A DNA stretch of 64,000 bases from Eubacteriales bacterium (GTDB lineage: Bacteria > Bacillota > Clostridia > Oscillospirales > CAG-272): contig JAZKZO010000013.1 in assembly GCA_045612665.1 (NCBI GenBank), forward strand, positions 4,184 to 68,183, written 5' to 3'. The notes under the pieces were generated by a model that was given only the letters and a program-made list of their open reading frames with translations, did no database searches and was not told the DNA's origin. The position numbers were made by a program, and so were the translations under genes. Positions 49,476 through 58,703 of the stretch are shown piece after piece; within the stretch, counting starts at the first letter, position 1, and every line of letters begins with the position of its first letter.

Positions 49476-49796
49476 TGTAATTCTTGAAAACATGTTTTTT
49501 ATAAGTTCTTTAAGGGTATGCATACTAATGAAAGAAAATTTTTGAATTAGGTTTTCTTAAAAACGCAAAAATTTTTGTTTAATTTGATGTAGATATCGAA
49601 TTGAATTAAAAAAATCACGTTTTTACGAACAAAATGATTTTTTATAAATACAAATAAAATTTTCGTTTATATATGTAATATATTAAATAAATGATAAAAA
49701 ACGCCATTTTACAAAATGAGCATTTTTTCTTTACGAATTTGGTGAGAGTTCAAAAAAATCGAGAAATCGCTATATAGCCTTTATTGGCACTTCTCC

Positions 49797-49828
49797 TAAT
49801 TATATAAAATATGCATTTTATATAATTA
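49797..49828. repeat. Perfect 14-4-14 AT-rich inverted repeat
   Basis: TAATTATATAAAAT-ATGC-ATTTTATATAATTA. Confidence 0.9.
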
Positions 49829-49948
49829 CACATATTGAATATTTGGGCATATAGGATGTGAGAGGTGTTGATGCTCTTTTGCTCTTCCTTTTGATTTTTG
49901 CGCTTTTAGCACATATAAAAATAAAGTTATAAAATTTTAATTTTACTA

Positions 49949-50000
49949 TTGACAAGCGAGATGTTGTATGGTATACTGTGTAAAGTAATTTGGTTTACAC
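49949..50000 (+). promoter_or_regulatory. SigA promoter of ylxM-ffh with a dyad overlapping the transcription start
   Basis: TTGACA(49949)-17-TATACT(49972); GTGTAAA-N9-TTTACAC at 49978-50000. Confidence 0.75.
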
Positions 50001-50020
50001 CTTTTGGGAGGCTTGATTGT

Positions 50021-50374
50021 ATGTTTGAAAAAAACCTTAATATCTCGCTTCTGCTTGATTTTTATGGAGATATCCTTTCGGAGCGCCAAAAGGAAATTTT
50101 AGACTTTTACTATAATGATGATCTTTCACTTGCCGAAATCGCCGAAAATTATGACATTTCGCGTCAAGGCGTGCGTAGTGTTTTGAAAAAAGGCGAAACT
50201 ATACTCGTTGAAATGGAAGAAAAGCTTCATCTGGCAGAGCGCTTCTCTTCTGTACAAGAAAAATCATCCCAAATTGCCCTTGAGCTTCAAGAAATTACCT
50301 CATCTATTGAAAATAAGGAAATTTCAAGGAAAATTCAAGACTTAACTTCTCAAATCAAGGATTTGGCGTACTAA
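50021..50374 (+). CDS. ylxM: YlxM (UPF0122) HTH protein
   Basis: LLLDFYGDILSERQKEILDFYYNDDLSLAEIAE...SRQGV; upstream of ffh; RBS gggagg before ATG 50021. Confidence 0.95.
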   Translation: MFEKNLNISLLLDFYGDILSERQKEILDFYYNDDLSLAEIAENYDISRQGVRSVLKKGETILVEMEEKLHLAERFSSVQEKSSQIALELQEITSSIENKEISRKIQDLTSQIKDLAY

Positions 50375-50389
50375 ATCGGAGGTTTTATA

Positions 50390-51730
50390 ATGGCAATGTT
50401 CCAAAATTTAGCGGATAAACTCGCTAATGCATTTAAAAAGTTCCGAAACAAAGGTAAACTTACACCTGCTGACGTAAAAGAAGGTATGCGTGAAATAAAG
50501 CTTGCACTTCTCGAGGCAGACGTTAACTTTAAGGTTGTTAAAGGGTTTATAAATACTGTTTCTGAGCGTGCGGTAGGTTCTGAAGTGCTTGAAAGCCTTC
50601 TCCCTGCTCAACAAATCGTTAAAATTGTAAATGAAGAGCTTATCAATCTTATGGGAACAACTCAAGCGAAGCTTGAAATTGCGCCCAAGCCACCAACGGT
50701 TGTTATGATGGTAGGTCTTCAAGGTGCCGGTAAAACAACTCATAGCGGTAAGATTGCCGGATTATATAAAAAGCAAGGCAAAAATCCTCTTTTAGTTGCG
50801 TGCGACGTATATCGTCCTGCTGCAATTAAGCAATTACAGATTGTTGGCGAAAAGCTTGGTATTACTGTATATGCTGAGGAAAAAAATCAAAAGCCTGTTT
50901 CTATTGCTAAAAACGCTATGGATTATGCTAAAAAGCATGGTCATGATATGGTGTTTATAGATACTGCAGGTCGTCTCCACGTTGACGAGGTTCTTATGAA
51001 GGAGCTTCAAGACATTAAGAGTGCTGTATCCCCTACTGAAATTCTTTTGGTAGTTGATGCTATGCTTGGACAGGATGCAGTAAATGTAGCGGAAAGCTTC
51101 AATGAAATGCTTGAAATTTCAGGTGTAGTTCTTACAAAGCTTGATGGTGATACTCGTGGTGGTGCTGCTCTTTCTGTAAGATACGTTACAGGCAAGCCTA
51201 TTAAATTTGTTGGAACAGGCGAAAAGCTTGACACAATTGAGCCTTTTCATCCCGACAGAATGGCATCAAGAATTCTCGGAATGGGCGACGTTCTCTCTCT
51301 TATAGAAAAAGCTGAAGAGGCTTTTGACCAAAAGAAAGCTCAAGAGCTTGAAAAGAAGATGAGAGAAAGCACTTTTACTCTTACCGATTATCTTGAACAG
51401 CTTGCACAGCTTAAGCGTATGGGCTCGTTAGACAGTCTTATGGGTATGATCCCAGGTATGAATACCGGTGCTATGAAGGATGCCAAGATTGACGAGGGAA
51501 TGCTTGTTAAAACCGAGGCTATAATCCTTTCTATGACCAAAAAAGAACGAATTAACCCCGACATTATCTCCTCTTCTCGCAAGAAAAGAATTGCGGCAGG
51601 AAGTGGCACTAGTGTTGAGGATATAAATAGGCTTTTGAAGCAATTCGACCAAATGAAAAAGATGATGAAGCAAATGACATCTGGCAAGTTTGGTGGAATG
51701 TTTGGCAAACGAATGAAAATGCCGTTTTAA
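50390..51730 (+). CDS. ffh: Signal recognition particle protein Ffh
   Basis: GLQGAGKTT, DTAGR, TKLDGDTRGG, M domain (RKKRIAAGSG). Confidence 0.98.
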   Translation: MAMFQNLADKLANAFKKFRNKGKLTPADVKEGMREIKLALLEADVNFKVVKGFINTVSERAVGSEVLESLLPAQQIVKIVNEELINLMGTTQAKLEIAPKPPTVVMMVGLQGAGKTTHSGKIAGLYKKQGKNPLLVACDVYRPAAIKQLQIVGEKLGITVYAEEKNQKPVSIAKNAMDYAKKHGHDMVFIDTAGRLHVDEVLMKELQDIKSAVSPTEILLVVDAMLGQDAVNVAESFNEMLEISGVVLTKLDGDTRGGAALSVRYVTGKPIKFVGTGEKLDTIEPFHPDRMASRILGMGDVLSLIEKAEEAFDQKKAQELEKKMRESTFTLTDYLEQLAQLKRMGSLDSLMGMIPGMNTGAMKDAKIDEGMLVKTEAIILSMTKKERINPDIISSSRKKRIAAGSGTSVEDINRLLKQFDQMKKMMKQMTSGKFGGMFGKRMKMPF

Positions 51731-51793
51731 TGCGGATTTTTAGATAAAAAATAAAAAATTAAAATAAAATTCAATTTATTGGAGGAAATCACA

Positions 51794-52039
51794 ATGGCAG
51801 TAAAAATCAGACTTAGAAGAATGGGCGCAAAGAAGGCTCCTTTCTACCGTGTAATCGTTGCAGACGAAAGATCACCAAGAGACGGTAAGTTTATCGACGA
51901 AATCGGTTACTACAATCCTTTGAGAGATCCAGCTGAAATCAAGATTGACAGCGACAAGGCTACAAAGTGGTTGAACGATGGCGCACAGCCAACTGAAACT
52001 GTTAAATCTCTTCTTAAGAAGAGCGGTATCGTAAAATAA
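51794..52039 (+). CDS. rpsP: 30S ribosomal protein S16
   Basis: [42 protein letters not shown]. Confidence 0.98.
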   Translation: MAVKIRLRRMGAKKAPFYRVIVADERSPRDGKFIDEIGYYNPLRDPAEIKIDSDKATKWLNDGAQPTETVKSLLKKSGIVK

Positions 52040-52082
52040 TCTCAAAGAAAGGTGATTATTTACGGATAATCAGGGTGTGCAC

Positions 52083-52319
52083 ATGCAAGATTTTAGCACA
52101 GTCCTTGGTAATATGGTTAAATCTATCGTAGACAATCCGGACAAGGTTGTCGTTACCGAGCATATCGAAGGCGACGAGGTTATGCTTACCTTGAACGTTG
52201 CTGAAGAGGATATGGGAATGGTTATCGGCAAGCGCGGAAAGATTGCCAAGGCAATACGCACCATAATGAAAACTGTCGCAAAGCTTGACGACAAAAAAGT
52301 TACGGTGGAAATTAAATAA
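52083..52319 (+). CDS. khpA: KH domain RNA-binding protein KhpA
   Basis: EEDMGMVIGKRGKIAKAIRT; directly after rpsP. Confidence 0.93.
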   Translation: MQDFSTVLGNMVKSIVDNPDKVVVTEHIEGDEVMLTLNVAEEDMGMVIGKRGKIAKAIRTIMKTVAKLDDKKVTVEIK

Positions 52320-52322
52320 CTT

Positions 52323-52347
52323 AAAGCGGAGATATTCTCCGCTTTTT
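52323..52347 (+). terminator. Terminator after khpA
   Basis: aaagcggaga-tat-tctccgctttt. Confidence 0.85.
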
Positions 52348-52424
52348 GTTTTTTCTATTGACTTTTCTTGCCTTTTATATTAAAATTATATTGTTAAAAT
52401 AAATTGATTTTAGGAGATTTTTTT

Positions 52425-53375
52425 ATGCTTAAACCGATTAAGGTGCAACCTATATTTAAAGAGATTATTTGGGGCGGAAACAGGCTTAAAACCGATTACA
52501 ATAAGGTTTCCGATCTTAACAATATCGCCGAAAGCTGGGAGCTTACTGTTCGCGATGATGGCATGAACACGATTGTGGGTGGTGAGTTTGACGGGCTTAC
52601 AATGCAGGAATATATTGATAAGAATGGATTTTCGGTTGTTACAAACAAGGAGCTTGATCGCTTCCCTCTTTTGATAAAGTTTATAGATGCTGAGGATAAT
52701 CTTTCAATTCAAGTTCATCCTGATGACGAGTACGGTATGAAGACTGCGAATTCTCTTGGCAAAACTGAAATGTGGTATATAATTGACGCAAAGCCCGGTG
52801 CAAAGCTTGTTTATGGATTGAAAAAAGGATGTACTGTTGACACACTTCGCAAAGCCATTGAAAACGGTAGCGTTGAGGAACAGCTTAATTTTGTTGATGT
52901 GAAAAAAGGCGACGTGTTCTTTATCCCGTCAGGACTCGTTCATGCTATTGGCGCAGGAATTTTACTTGCTGAGATTCAACAAAATTCAAACATTACATAT
53001 AGAGTTTACGATTACAATAGACTCGGCAAGGACGGCAAGCCAAGAGAACTTCACGTTAAAGATGCATTGAACGTTATCGTGAATAGAACCGACGATGAAA
53101 TCGACAAAATAAGATTTTCTACAAATGTCAAAAACGATAATACATTAGCATCATGCGAATACTTCAATGTTGAAAAACACTTTGTTGATGGGGATTTGGA
53201 GTTTTCGACAAATGTCGAAAGCTTTAATTCTATTCTCTGCCTTGACGGAAACGGAAAAATTGAATATAACGGAGAAAGCTTCTCTCTTATAAAGGGTGAT
53301 AGCTACTTTATTCCTGCCGGATTGGGTAAATATACTGTTAGCGGAAAAGTTGAAATTATAGTATCTAGAATATAA
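52425..53375 (+). CDS. manA: Mannose-6-phosphate isomerase, class I
   Basis: IWGG, AESWE, LLIKFIDA..NLSIQVHPDD, KTEMWY, VHAIG, EIQQNSNITYR. Confidence 0.92.
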   Translation: MLKPIKVQPIFKEIIWGGNRLKTDYNKVSDLNNIAESWELTVRDDGMNTIVGGEFDGLTMQEYIDKNGFSVVTNKELDRFPLLIKFIDAEDNLSIQVHPDDEYGMKTANSLGKTEMWYIIDAKPGAKLVYGLKKGCTVDTLRKAIENGSVEEQLNFVDVKKGDVFFIPSGLVHAIGAGILLAEIQQNSNITYRVYDYNRLGKDGKPRELHVKDALNVIVNRTDDEIDKIRFSTNVKNDNTLASCEYFNVEKHFVDGDLEFSTNVESFNSILCLDGNGKIEYNGESFSLIKGDSYFIPAGLGKYTVSGKVEIIVSRI

Positions 53376-53377
53376 CA

Positions 53378-53410
53378 AAAAAACTACCAAGAAAATTCTT
53401 GGTAGTTTTT
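53378..53410. terminator. Bidirectional terminator between manA and the XRE gene
   Basis: aaaaactaccaagaa-aa-ttcttggtagttttt. Confidence 0.88.
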
Positions 53411-53412
53411 GA

Positions 53413-53886
53413 TTATTTCTTGAAATATAAAAAGGAATTGATTCCCAAAAGCGACGCGCCTAAAAAACCAAACAATCCACCGATGATTTTTAGAAAAAAG
53501 CAAATTACAGTAATAGTGTTTACAGAATTATATATATCACCTGGTCTTGTTAAATCTTGAGGAAAAACAAAGCCGGTTATTAAAAGTGTTATTCCTGTCG
53601 TTAAAAGGATTATTGATATGATAAATAAAATCTTTTGTGTGAATGTGGATTCTTTTCTTGAATTTGCGTTAAGAGTCATTAACTTTGCTTCTTCATTTGA
53701 GAGTAAATAATCAATACTTACATTCATAATTTGCGCTAATTTTTCCATATTGCTGTACGAAGGATAAATAACTCCGTTTTCCCATTTTGAAATTAAAGTT
53801 CTTGATATAAAAAGTTTACTTGCTAATTCCTCTTGGGATAAATGGTTTTCAATTCTATATTGCTTTAATTTGTCTTTGAATTTCAA
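53413..53886 (-). CDS. XRE family HTH regulator with two C-terminal TM helices (TTG 53886 favoured; GTG 53895 possible)
   Basis: LSQEELASKLFISRTLISKWENG HTH; hydrophobic C-terminal half; ggaggt 7 nt before the TTG. Confidence 0.85.
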   Translation of the reverse strand: MKFKDKLKQYRIENHLSQEELASKLFISRTLISKWENGVIYPSYSNMEKLAQIMNVSIDYLLSNEEAKLMTLNANSRKESTFTQKILFIISIILLTTGITLLITGFVFPQDLTRPGDIYNSVNTITVICFFLKIIGGLFGFLGASLLGINSFLYFKK

Positions 53887-53978
53887 GGCATTCACCTCCC
53901 TTTAATTTGATTATAGAGGATTTTCTTCAAAAAGTAAAGTGAAATTGTGTTTTCACGGTGTGAAAAGTAATTCACAAT

Positions 53979-54010
53979 AAAAAATCCAAGCATTATTGCT
54001 TGGATTTTTT
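53979..54010 (-). terminator. Terminator after yebC
   Basis: aaaaaatccaagc-attatt-gcttggatttttt. Confidence 0.85.
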
Positions 54011-54013
54011 CTA

Positions 54014-54742
54014 TTAGTCGCAGTTTTCCCAGTTATGATATACCTCGGTAACGTCGTCGTTATCCTCGAGATGCTCGATAAGAAGATTCATATACTTAAT
54101 ATCGTCCTCGGATGTGAGAGTTACGTAGGTTGAAGGAATTTTATCCTCTTCTGCCGAAACATACTTAAAGCCTGCGCCCTCTATTGCCTCTGCAACGGCA
54201 GCTAGGTCACTTGTTTCTGTATAGATAATATATGCGTCTTCATCGGAAACAAAGTCTTCAGCGCCCGCTTCGAGAGCTGCTTCCATCAAAGCGTCCTCGT
54301 CGTAGCCTTCTTCCTTGGAAATCATAATTACGCCCTTTTCCTCAAAAAGATAGCCTACGCAACCTGTTGTTCCAAGATTTCCCTTATATTTGCTGAAATA
54401 TGAACGAACCTCGGGTGTTGTACGGTTGGTGTTGTCTGTTGCGGCCTCAACAATAACTGCAACTCCACCTGGGCCGTAGCCCTCGTATCTCATTTCTTCA
54501 AGGTTAGCTGCATCAGATGAGCTTGCCTTTTTAATTGTTCTTTCGATATTATCGTTAGGAACGTTATTCGCCTTTGCCTTTGCAATAAGCGCTGCAAGCT
54601 TTGCGTTTACGGAAGGATCAGGTCCGCCTGCTTTTACGGCGATAGACATTTCCTTTCCTATTTTAGTGAAAATCTTCGCTTTTTGAGCGTCGGTTTTCTC
54701 TTTTTTATGCATTATATTTTTCCATTTGCTATGTCCTGACAT
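54014..54742 (-). CDS. YebC/PmpR family protein
   Basis: MSGHSKWKNI, YEGYGPGG, TDNTNRT, DNDDVTEVYHN. Confidence 0.96.
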   Translation of the reverse strand: MSGHSKWKNIMHKKEKTDAQKAKIFTKIGKEMSIAVKAGGPDPSVNAKLAALIAKAKANNVPNDNIERTIKKASSSDAANLEEMRYEGYGPGGVAVIVEAATDNTNRTTPEVRSYFSKYKGNLGTTGCVGYLFEEKGVIMISKEEGYDEDALMEAALEAGAEDFVSDEDAYIIYTETSDLAAVAEAIEGAGFKYVSAEEDKIPSTYVTLTSEDDIKYMNLLIEHLEDNDDVTEVYHNWENCD

Positions 54743-54758
54743 AATAACCTCTTAACAA

Positions 54759-56474
54759 TTAAATTTTTTCAGTTTTCTTTAAACAAATAAGCTCAAATGC
54801 AGAGCCAAGAACCGTTTTAGTAGCGGACGCGAGTCTAATACGGGTATTTCTTACGGTTTCATCCTCGGCGGATACAATTTGACAGTTATGATAGAACTTA
54901 TTGAATGCCGAGCAAACATCGATTATATATCTTGTGATAATTGATGGCTCGTAATCTTGGATTGCTCCTCTTACTGCCTCATTAAATTTCGAAAGTACTT
55001 TGAGTAAATCCGCTTCTTCGACTGTTGTAATTTGAGGCGCTGTGGAACTGTAATTTAGCTCTTTTGCTTTATCAAGTATTCCTGATGTACGGGCATAAGT
55101 ATATTGCGCGTATGGGCCTGTATTTCCATCGAAGCTCAATGCATCCTTCATAACGAAGTTGATATCCTTGATTCTATTATTATAAAGGTAATAGAAAATT
55201 ACAGAACCAACTCCGACAGCCTCTGCAACCTCTTCTTTATTAGGAAGATTTGGATTTTTCTCATCCATAATCTCGTTTACCTTTTCAATAGCAGTCGCAA
55301 AAAGGTCTTTTAGAAGAATTACGTTTCCTGTTCTTGTAGCGAGCTTTTCGTTGTTAATGCTTACAGTGCCGTATGGAACGTGAACGAGCTTATCATGCCA
55401 ATCGTATCCCATAAGCTCAACTACCTTAAACCACTGTGCAAAGTGCAAGCTTTGGCCTGCTGAAGTTACATAGATACATTTATCAAAATTATATGTTTGC
55501 TTACGATAAACTGCCGCTGCAATATCTCTTGTTGGATAAAGGGTTGAACCGTCTCTTTTCAAAATAAGACATGGGGGCATATTATATTCTGAAAGGTCGA
55601 CAATAGACGCTCCGTCATCGATTTTAAGAAGATTCTTTTCTCTTAAAATTTCGATTTGAGCAGGCATTTTATCAGTATAGAAGCTTTCGCCCTTATAGCT
55701 ATCAAATTCTATACCAAGCTGTTTATACGTTTTTTTGTATTCTGCAAGGCTTATTTCAACGAACCATTTCCAAAGAGCAATGTTGGTTTCGTTGTGATGC
55801 TCAAGCTTTGTAAATTCTTCTCTTGCCCTTTGGTTAAGAGTTTCATCCTTTTCGGCTTCCTCGTGGAATTTAACATAAAGAGCAACAAGCTCATCAACTC
55901 CACCCTTTTCAACCTTTTCCTTATTGCCCCACAAGTTGTAAGCTACGATAAGCTTTCCAAACTGTGTTCCCCAGTCACCAAGATAGTTAATGCCTACGCA
56001 ATCATACCCCTGGAACTGATGAAGCATTTTAAGAGAATGTCCGATAATTGTAGTGCCAAGATGGCCTATGTGGAATGGCTTTGCAACGTTTGGAGATGAA
56101 TAGTCGAATACCGCAACCTTTCCTTTTCCGGAATCGTCCGAGCCGTAATGCTCTTTTTCTTCCTCTATTTTGAAAAGGACGTTATTTAGAAGATATTCGT
56201 TTGATACAAAAATGTTAAGATATCCGTTTACAGCCTCGGCCTTTGAAATAACGTCGCTTTTTAGCACTTCCGAGATTTCCTTGGCAATAACAGGTGGAGC
56301 TTTTCTCAAAATTCTGCTTAATTTAAAGCAAGGGAAAGCGATATCTCCAAGTGAGGAGTCCGGTGGATATTCAAACATATCCAAAATATCTTGTTTAGTT
56401 AAGTTAATATCGGCAGTTAGCCCCGAAATGCAAGAAAGCAAATCGGAGGCTACTGTATTTTTAAAGTTATTCAT
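54759..56474 (-). CDS. argS: Arginine-tRNA ligase
   Basis: DYSSPNVAKPFHIGH, NYLGDWGTQFG, RDGSTLYPTRD, GPYAQYTYAR. Confidence 0.97.
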   Translation of the reverse strand: MNNFKNTVASDLLSCISGLTADINLTKQDILDMFEYPPDSSLGDIAFPCFKLSRILRKAPPVIAKEISEVLKSDVISKAEAVNGYLNIFVSNEYLLNNVLFKIEEEKEHYGSDDSGKGKVAVFDYSSPNVAKPFHIGHLGTTIIGHSLKMLHQFQGYDCVGINYLGDWGTQFGKLIVAYNLWGNKEKVEKGGVDELVALYVKFHEEAEKDETLNQRAREEFTKLEHHNETNIALWKWFVEISLAEYKKTYKQLGIEFDSYKGESFYTDKMPAQIEILREKNLLKIDDGASIVDLSEYNMPPCLILKRDGSTLYPTRDIAAAVYRKQTYNFDKCIYVTSAGQSLHFAQWFKVVELMGYDWHDKLVHVPYGTVSINNEKLATRTGNVILLKDLFATAIEKVNEIMDEKNPNLPNKEEVAEAVGVGSVIFYYLYNNRIKDINFVMKDALSFDGNTGPYAQYTYARTSGILDKAKELNYSSTAPQITTVEEADLLKVLSKFNEAVRGAIQDYEPSIITRYIIDVCSAFNKFYHNCQIVSAEDETVRNTRIRLASATKTVLGSAFELICLKKTEKI

Positions 56475-56485
56475 TTGAATTATCC

Positions 56486-57622
56486 TTAATTATCGTCTTC
56501 GTCGAGGTCAGACATGGAGTTAGAATTGAACTTGTCAAGCAATGTATGGATTTTCTTGACAGGATTGAGAAGATCGCTAATGGAAGCGTCTCTATTCAAG
56601 GTATCAACGATATATGAAACGTATTTGCTCATATTTACGTCGCAATACCACTCTCTTGAGAGAATTTCAGGGGTGTGATATGTGAGGTTTGTTGAGAAAA
56701 TCTTATCAACAATTCCGTCAGCATAAGCCTTGTCGAACTTTTCAAGACCGTTGCAGAAAAGTGAGAATGTTGAGAATACAAATACTCTCTTTGCGCCTCT
56801 TTGCTTGAGCTGAAGTGCAACATCAATCATAGAATCGCCTGAAGAAATCATATCATCAACAACGATAACGTCCTTACCTTGAAGATCTTTACCGAGATAC
56901 TCGTGAGCTTCGATAGGGTTCTTACCGTCGATAATTACTGAATAGTTTCTTCTCTTATAGAACATACCAAGCTCAATTCCAACAACGGAAGCTATATACA
57001 TAGCTCTACCGATAGCTCCCTCGTCGGGAGAGATTACCATAAGGTTGTCCTTGTCAAGCTTAATATCAGGGATATTTTTAACGAGAGCCTTAATCATTTG
57101 GTATGTAGGTCTTACGCTGTCAAAGCCGTTAAGAGGAATAGCGTTTTGAACTCTTGGGTCGTGAGCATCAAAGGTAATGATGTTAGTAACGCCCATATTT
57201 GTGAGCTCCTGCAAAGCGAGAGCGCAGTCAAGGGACTCTCTTGCACTTCTCTTGTGCTGTCTTCCTTCATAAAGCATAGGCATAATAACAGAAATTCTTC
57301 TTGTTTTGCCGCCTGTTGCAGCAATTATTCTCTTCAGATCCTGAAAATGATCGTCAGGACTCATAGGTACTTGCATACCGTACATCTTATAAGTTACTCC
57401 ATAATTGAAGCAGTCTGAAATGATATAAAGGTCAAGACCTCTCATTGACTCATTGATAAGAGCCTTAGCCTCACCTGAGCCAAATCTTGGACAATGAGCA
57501 TCAGCGATAAAGGTGGATTCGCTATTTCTCCACTTTTTAAGATAGTAATCAACCTGATCTGCAAATTGCTCACAGCCTCTCATGCCGATAACCTTCAATT
57601 CTCCGTAACAATTCTCGTTCAT
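56486..57622 (-). CDS. prs: Ribose-phosphate pyrophosphokinase (clostridial long type)
   Basis: RFGSGEAK, YEGRQH, DAHDPRVQ, SPDEGA, VDDMISSG. Confidence 0.92.
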   Translation of the reverse strand: MNENCYGELKVIGMRGCEQFADQVDYYLKKWRNSESTFIADAHCPRFGSGEAKALINESMRGLDLYIISDCFNYGVTYKMYGMQVPMSPDDHFQDLKRIIAATGGKTRRISVIMPMLYEGRQHKRSARESLDCALALQELTNMGVTNIITFDAHDPRVQNAIPLNGFDSVRPTYQMIKALVKNIPDIKLDKDNLMVISPDEGAIGRAMYIASVVGIELGMFYKRRNYSVIIDGKNPIEAHEYLGKDLQGKDVIVVDDMISSGDSMIDVALQLKQRGAKRVFVFSTFSLFCNGLEKFDKAYADGIVDKIFSTNLTYHTPEILSREWYCDVNMSKYVSYIVDTLNRDASISDLLNPVKKIHTLLDKFNSNSMSDLDEDDN

Positions 57623-57656
57623 AAAAACCCCCAAAAGTTAAAAGTGATAGTAAAAT

Positions 57657-58694
57657 TTATTTTGTAACAGTTATTTTTGCAATAGCATCTGATTTATCAG
57701 GATCAATTCCCTTTGCTATAACAAGCTTAAGCGCGATGAGCTGTACTGTTAGAGCCATAAGGAACATAAGTGAATATTCAGAGCCGGTGCTTTCGATATA
57801 AATTGCATTTTCGCTATTTGCGAGCTCTTTGTCATCAGTTATGATAACCGAATTAGCCTTTACGGTATCGAGCTTTTTAAGCATTTTTATACCGTCAGGG
57901 AGCATAACTCCAGTTTGAGCCAAAACGATTGCAAGGTCGCCCTCATGAAGCTGTGCAACAGGACCGTGATAGAAGTCGGAAATTGTGTATCCTTTAACCT
58001 TCATCTTGTTAGTTTCAAGAATTTTGAGCGCACCTTCAAGAGCGATAGGATATGCAAGACCTCTTCCCAAAACAACCGCTTCCTTATAATTAAGAAGCTT
58101 TGCAACCTGTTCTTCAACACTTTGTGGCAAATAATCAAGAGCCTTTTCGAATTGAGCCGGAATTGCCTCGAGCGCATTGTTAAGCTCTTTGTTTTCACTC
58201 CACATAGCGCACAAAAGCGCCAAAAGATACATTTGTGAGGTGAAGGTTTTAGTAGCTGCAATGCTCTTTTCCTCTCCTGCGTTACAGAAAAGGTGATATT
58301 TAGCATTTGTAGCAAGCAAGGAATCCTTGTAGTTGGTAATTGCAACTGTTGTCATTCCCTGTTCGTTTGCCGATTTCAAAACCTCGCAAACGTCTTCAGC
58401 TCTTCCTGATTGAGAAACGCCGATAACGAGTGCGTTGTTAAACTTTATTTTTTGTCCGTATTGAGTAAATACAGATGGTGTGCCAAGCGCACAGTTCATT
58501 CCCATTGTGATTGCAAAAAGATATTGTGCATATGTACATGCATGATCGGATGTTCCTCTTGCAACTAGGTATATATTGTCAATGCCCTTTTCCTTTGCTT
58601 CCTTAACAAGCTCCTTTAAAACATCAAGGTTTGCATTTTTAAGGCTAGCAAGCACTGACGGCTGTTCTCTTATTTCTTTTTCCAAGTTTATCAT
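57657..58694 (-). CDS. Tandem SIS-domain sugar-phosphate deaminase/isomerase (NagB-II/GlmD-like; GlmS isomerase domain without glutaminase)
   Basis: EIREQP, ARGTSDHA, SQSG, ATKTFT, EGALKILE, HGP, C-terminal AKITVT. Confidence 0.82.
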   Translation of the reverse strand: MINLEKEIREQPSVLASLKNANLDVLKELVKEAKEKGIDNIYLVARGTSDHACTYAQYLFAITMGMNCALGTPSVFTQYGQKIKFNNALVIGVSQSGRAEDVCEVLKSANEQGMTTVAITNYKDSLLATNAKYHLFCNAGEEKSIAATKTFTSQMYLLALLCAMWSENKELNNALEAIPAQFEKALDYLPQSVEEQVAKLLNYKEAVVLGRGLAYPIALEGALKILETNKMKVKGYTISDFYHGPVAQLHEGDLAIVLAQTGVMLPDGIKMLKKLDTVKANSVIITDDKELANSENAIYIESTGSEYSLMFLMALTVQLIALKLVIAKGIDPDKSDAIAKITVTK

Positions 58695-58703
58695 AGCTTC
58701 ACC

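Noticed and set aside
49660-49687. dif-like 28-mer TTTCGTTTATA-TATGTA-ATATATTAAAT (right arm matches the E. coli XerD arm at 9 of 11 positions)
   Set aside because: The conserved inner TAA-N6-TTA is absent, the left arm is poor, and such matches are expected in very AT-rich DNA
49949-50020. N-terminal extension of YlxM from TTG 49949 (ORF track, 141 aa)
   Set aside because: That TTG is the -35 box; the RBS and homology support ATG 50021
53939-53977. Rex or CRP box (TTGTGAA...TTCACA on the minus strand)
   Set aside because: Half-site spacing fits neither Rex (N4) nor CRP (N6); kept only as a candidate XRE operator
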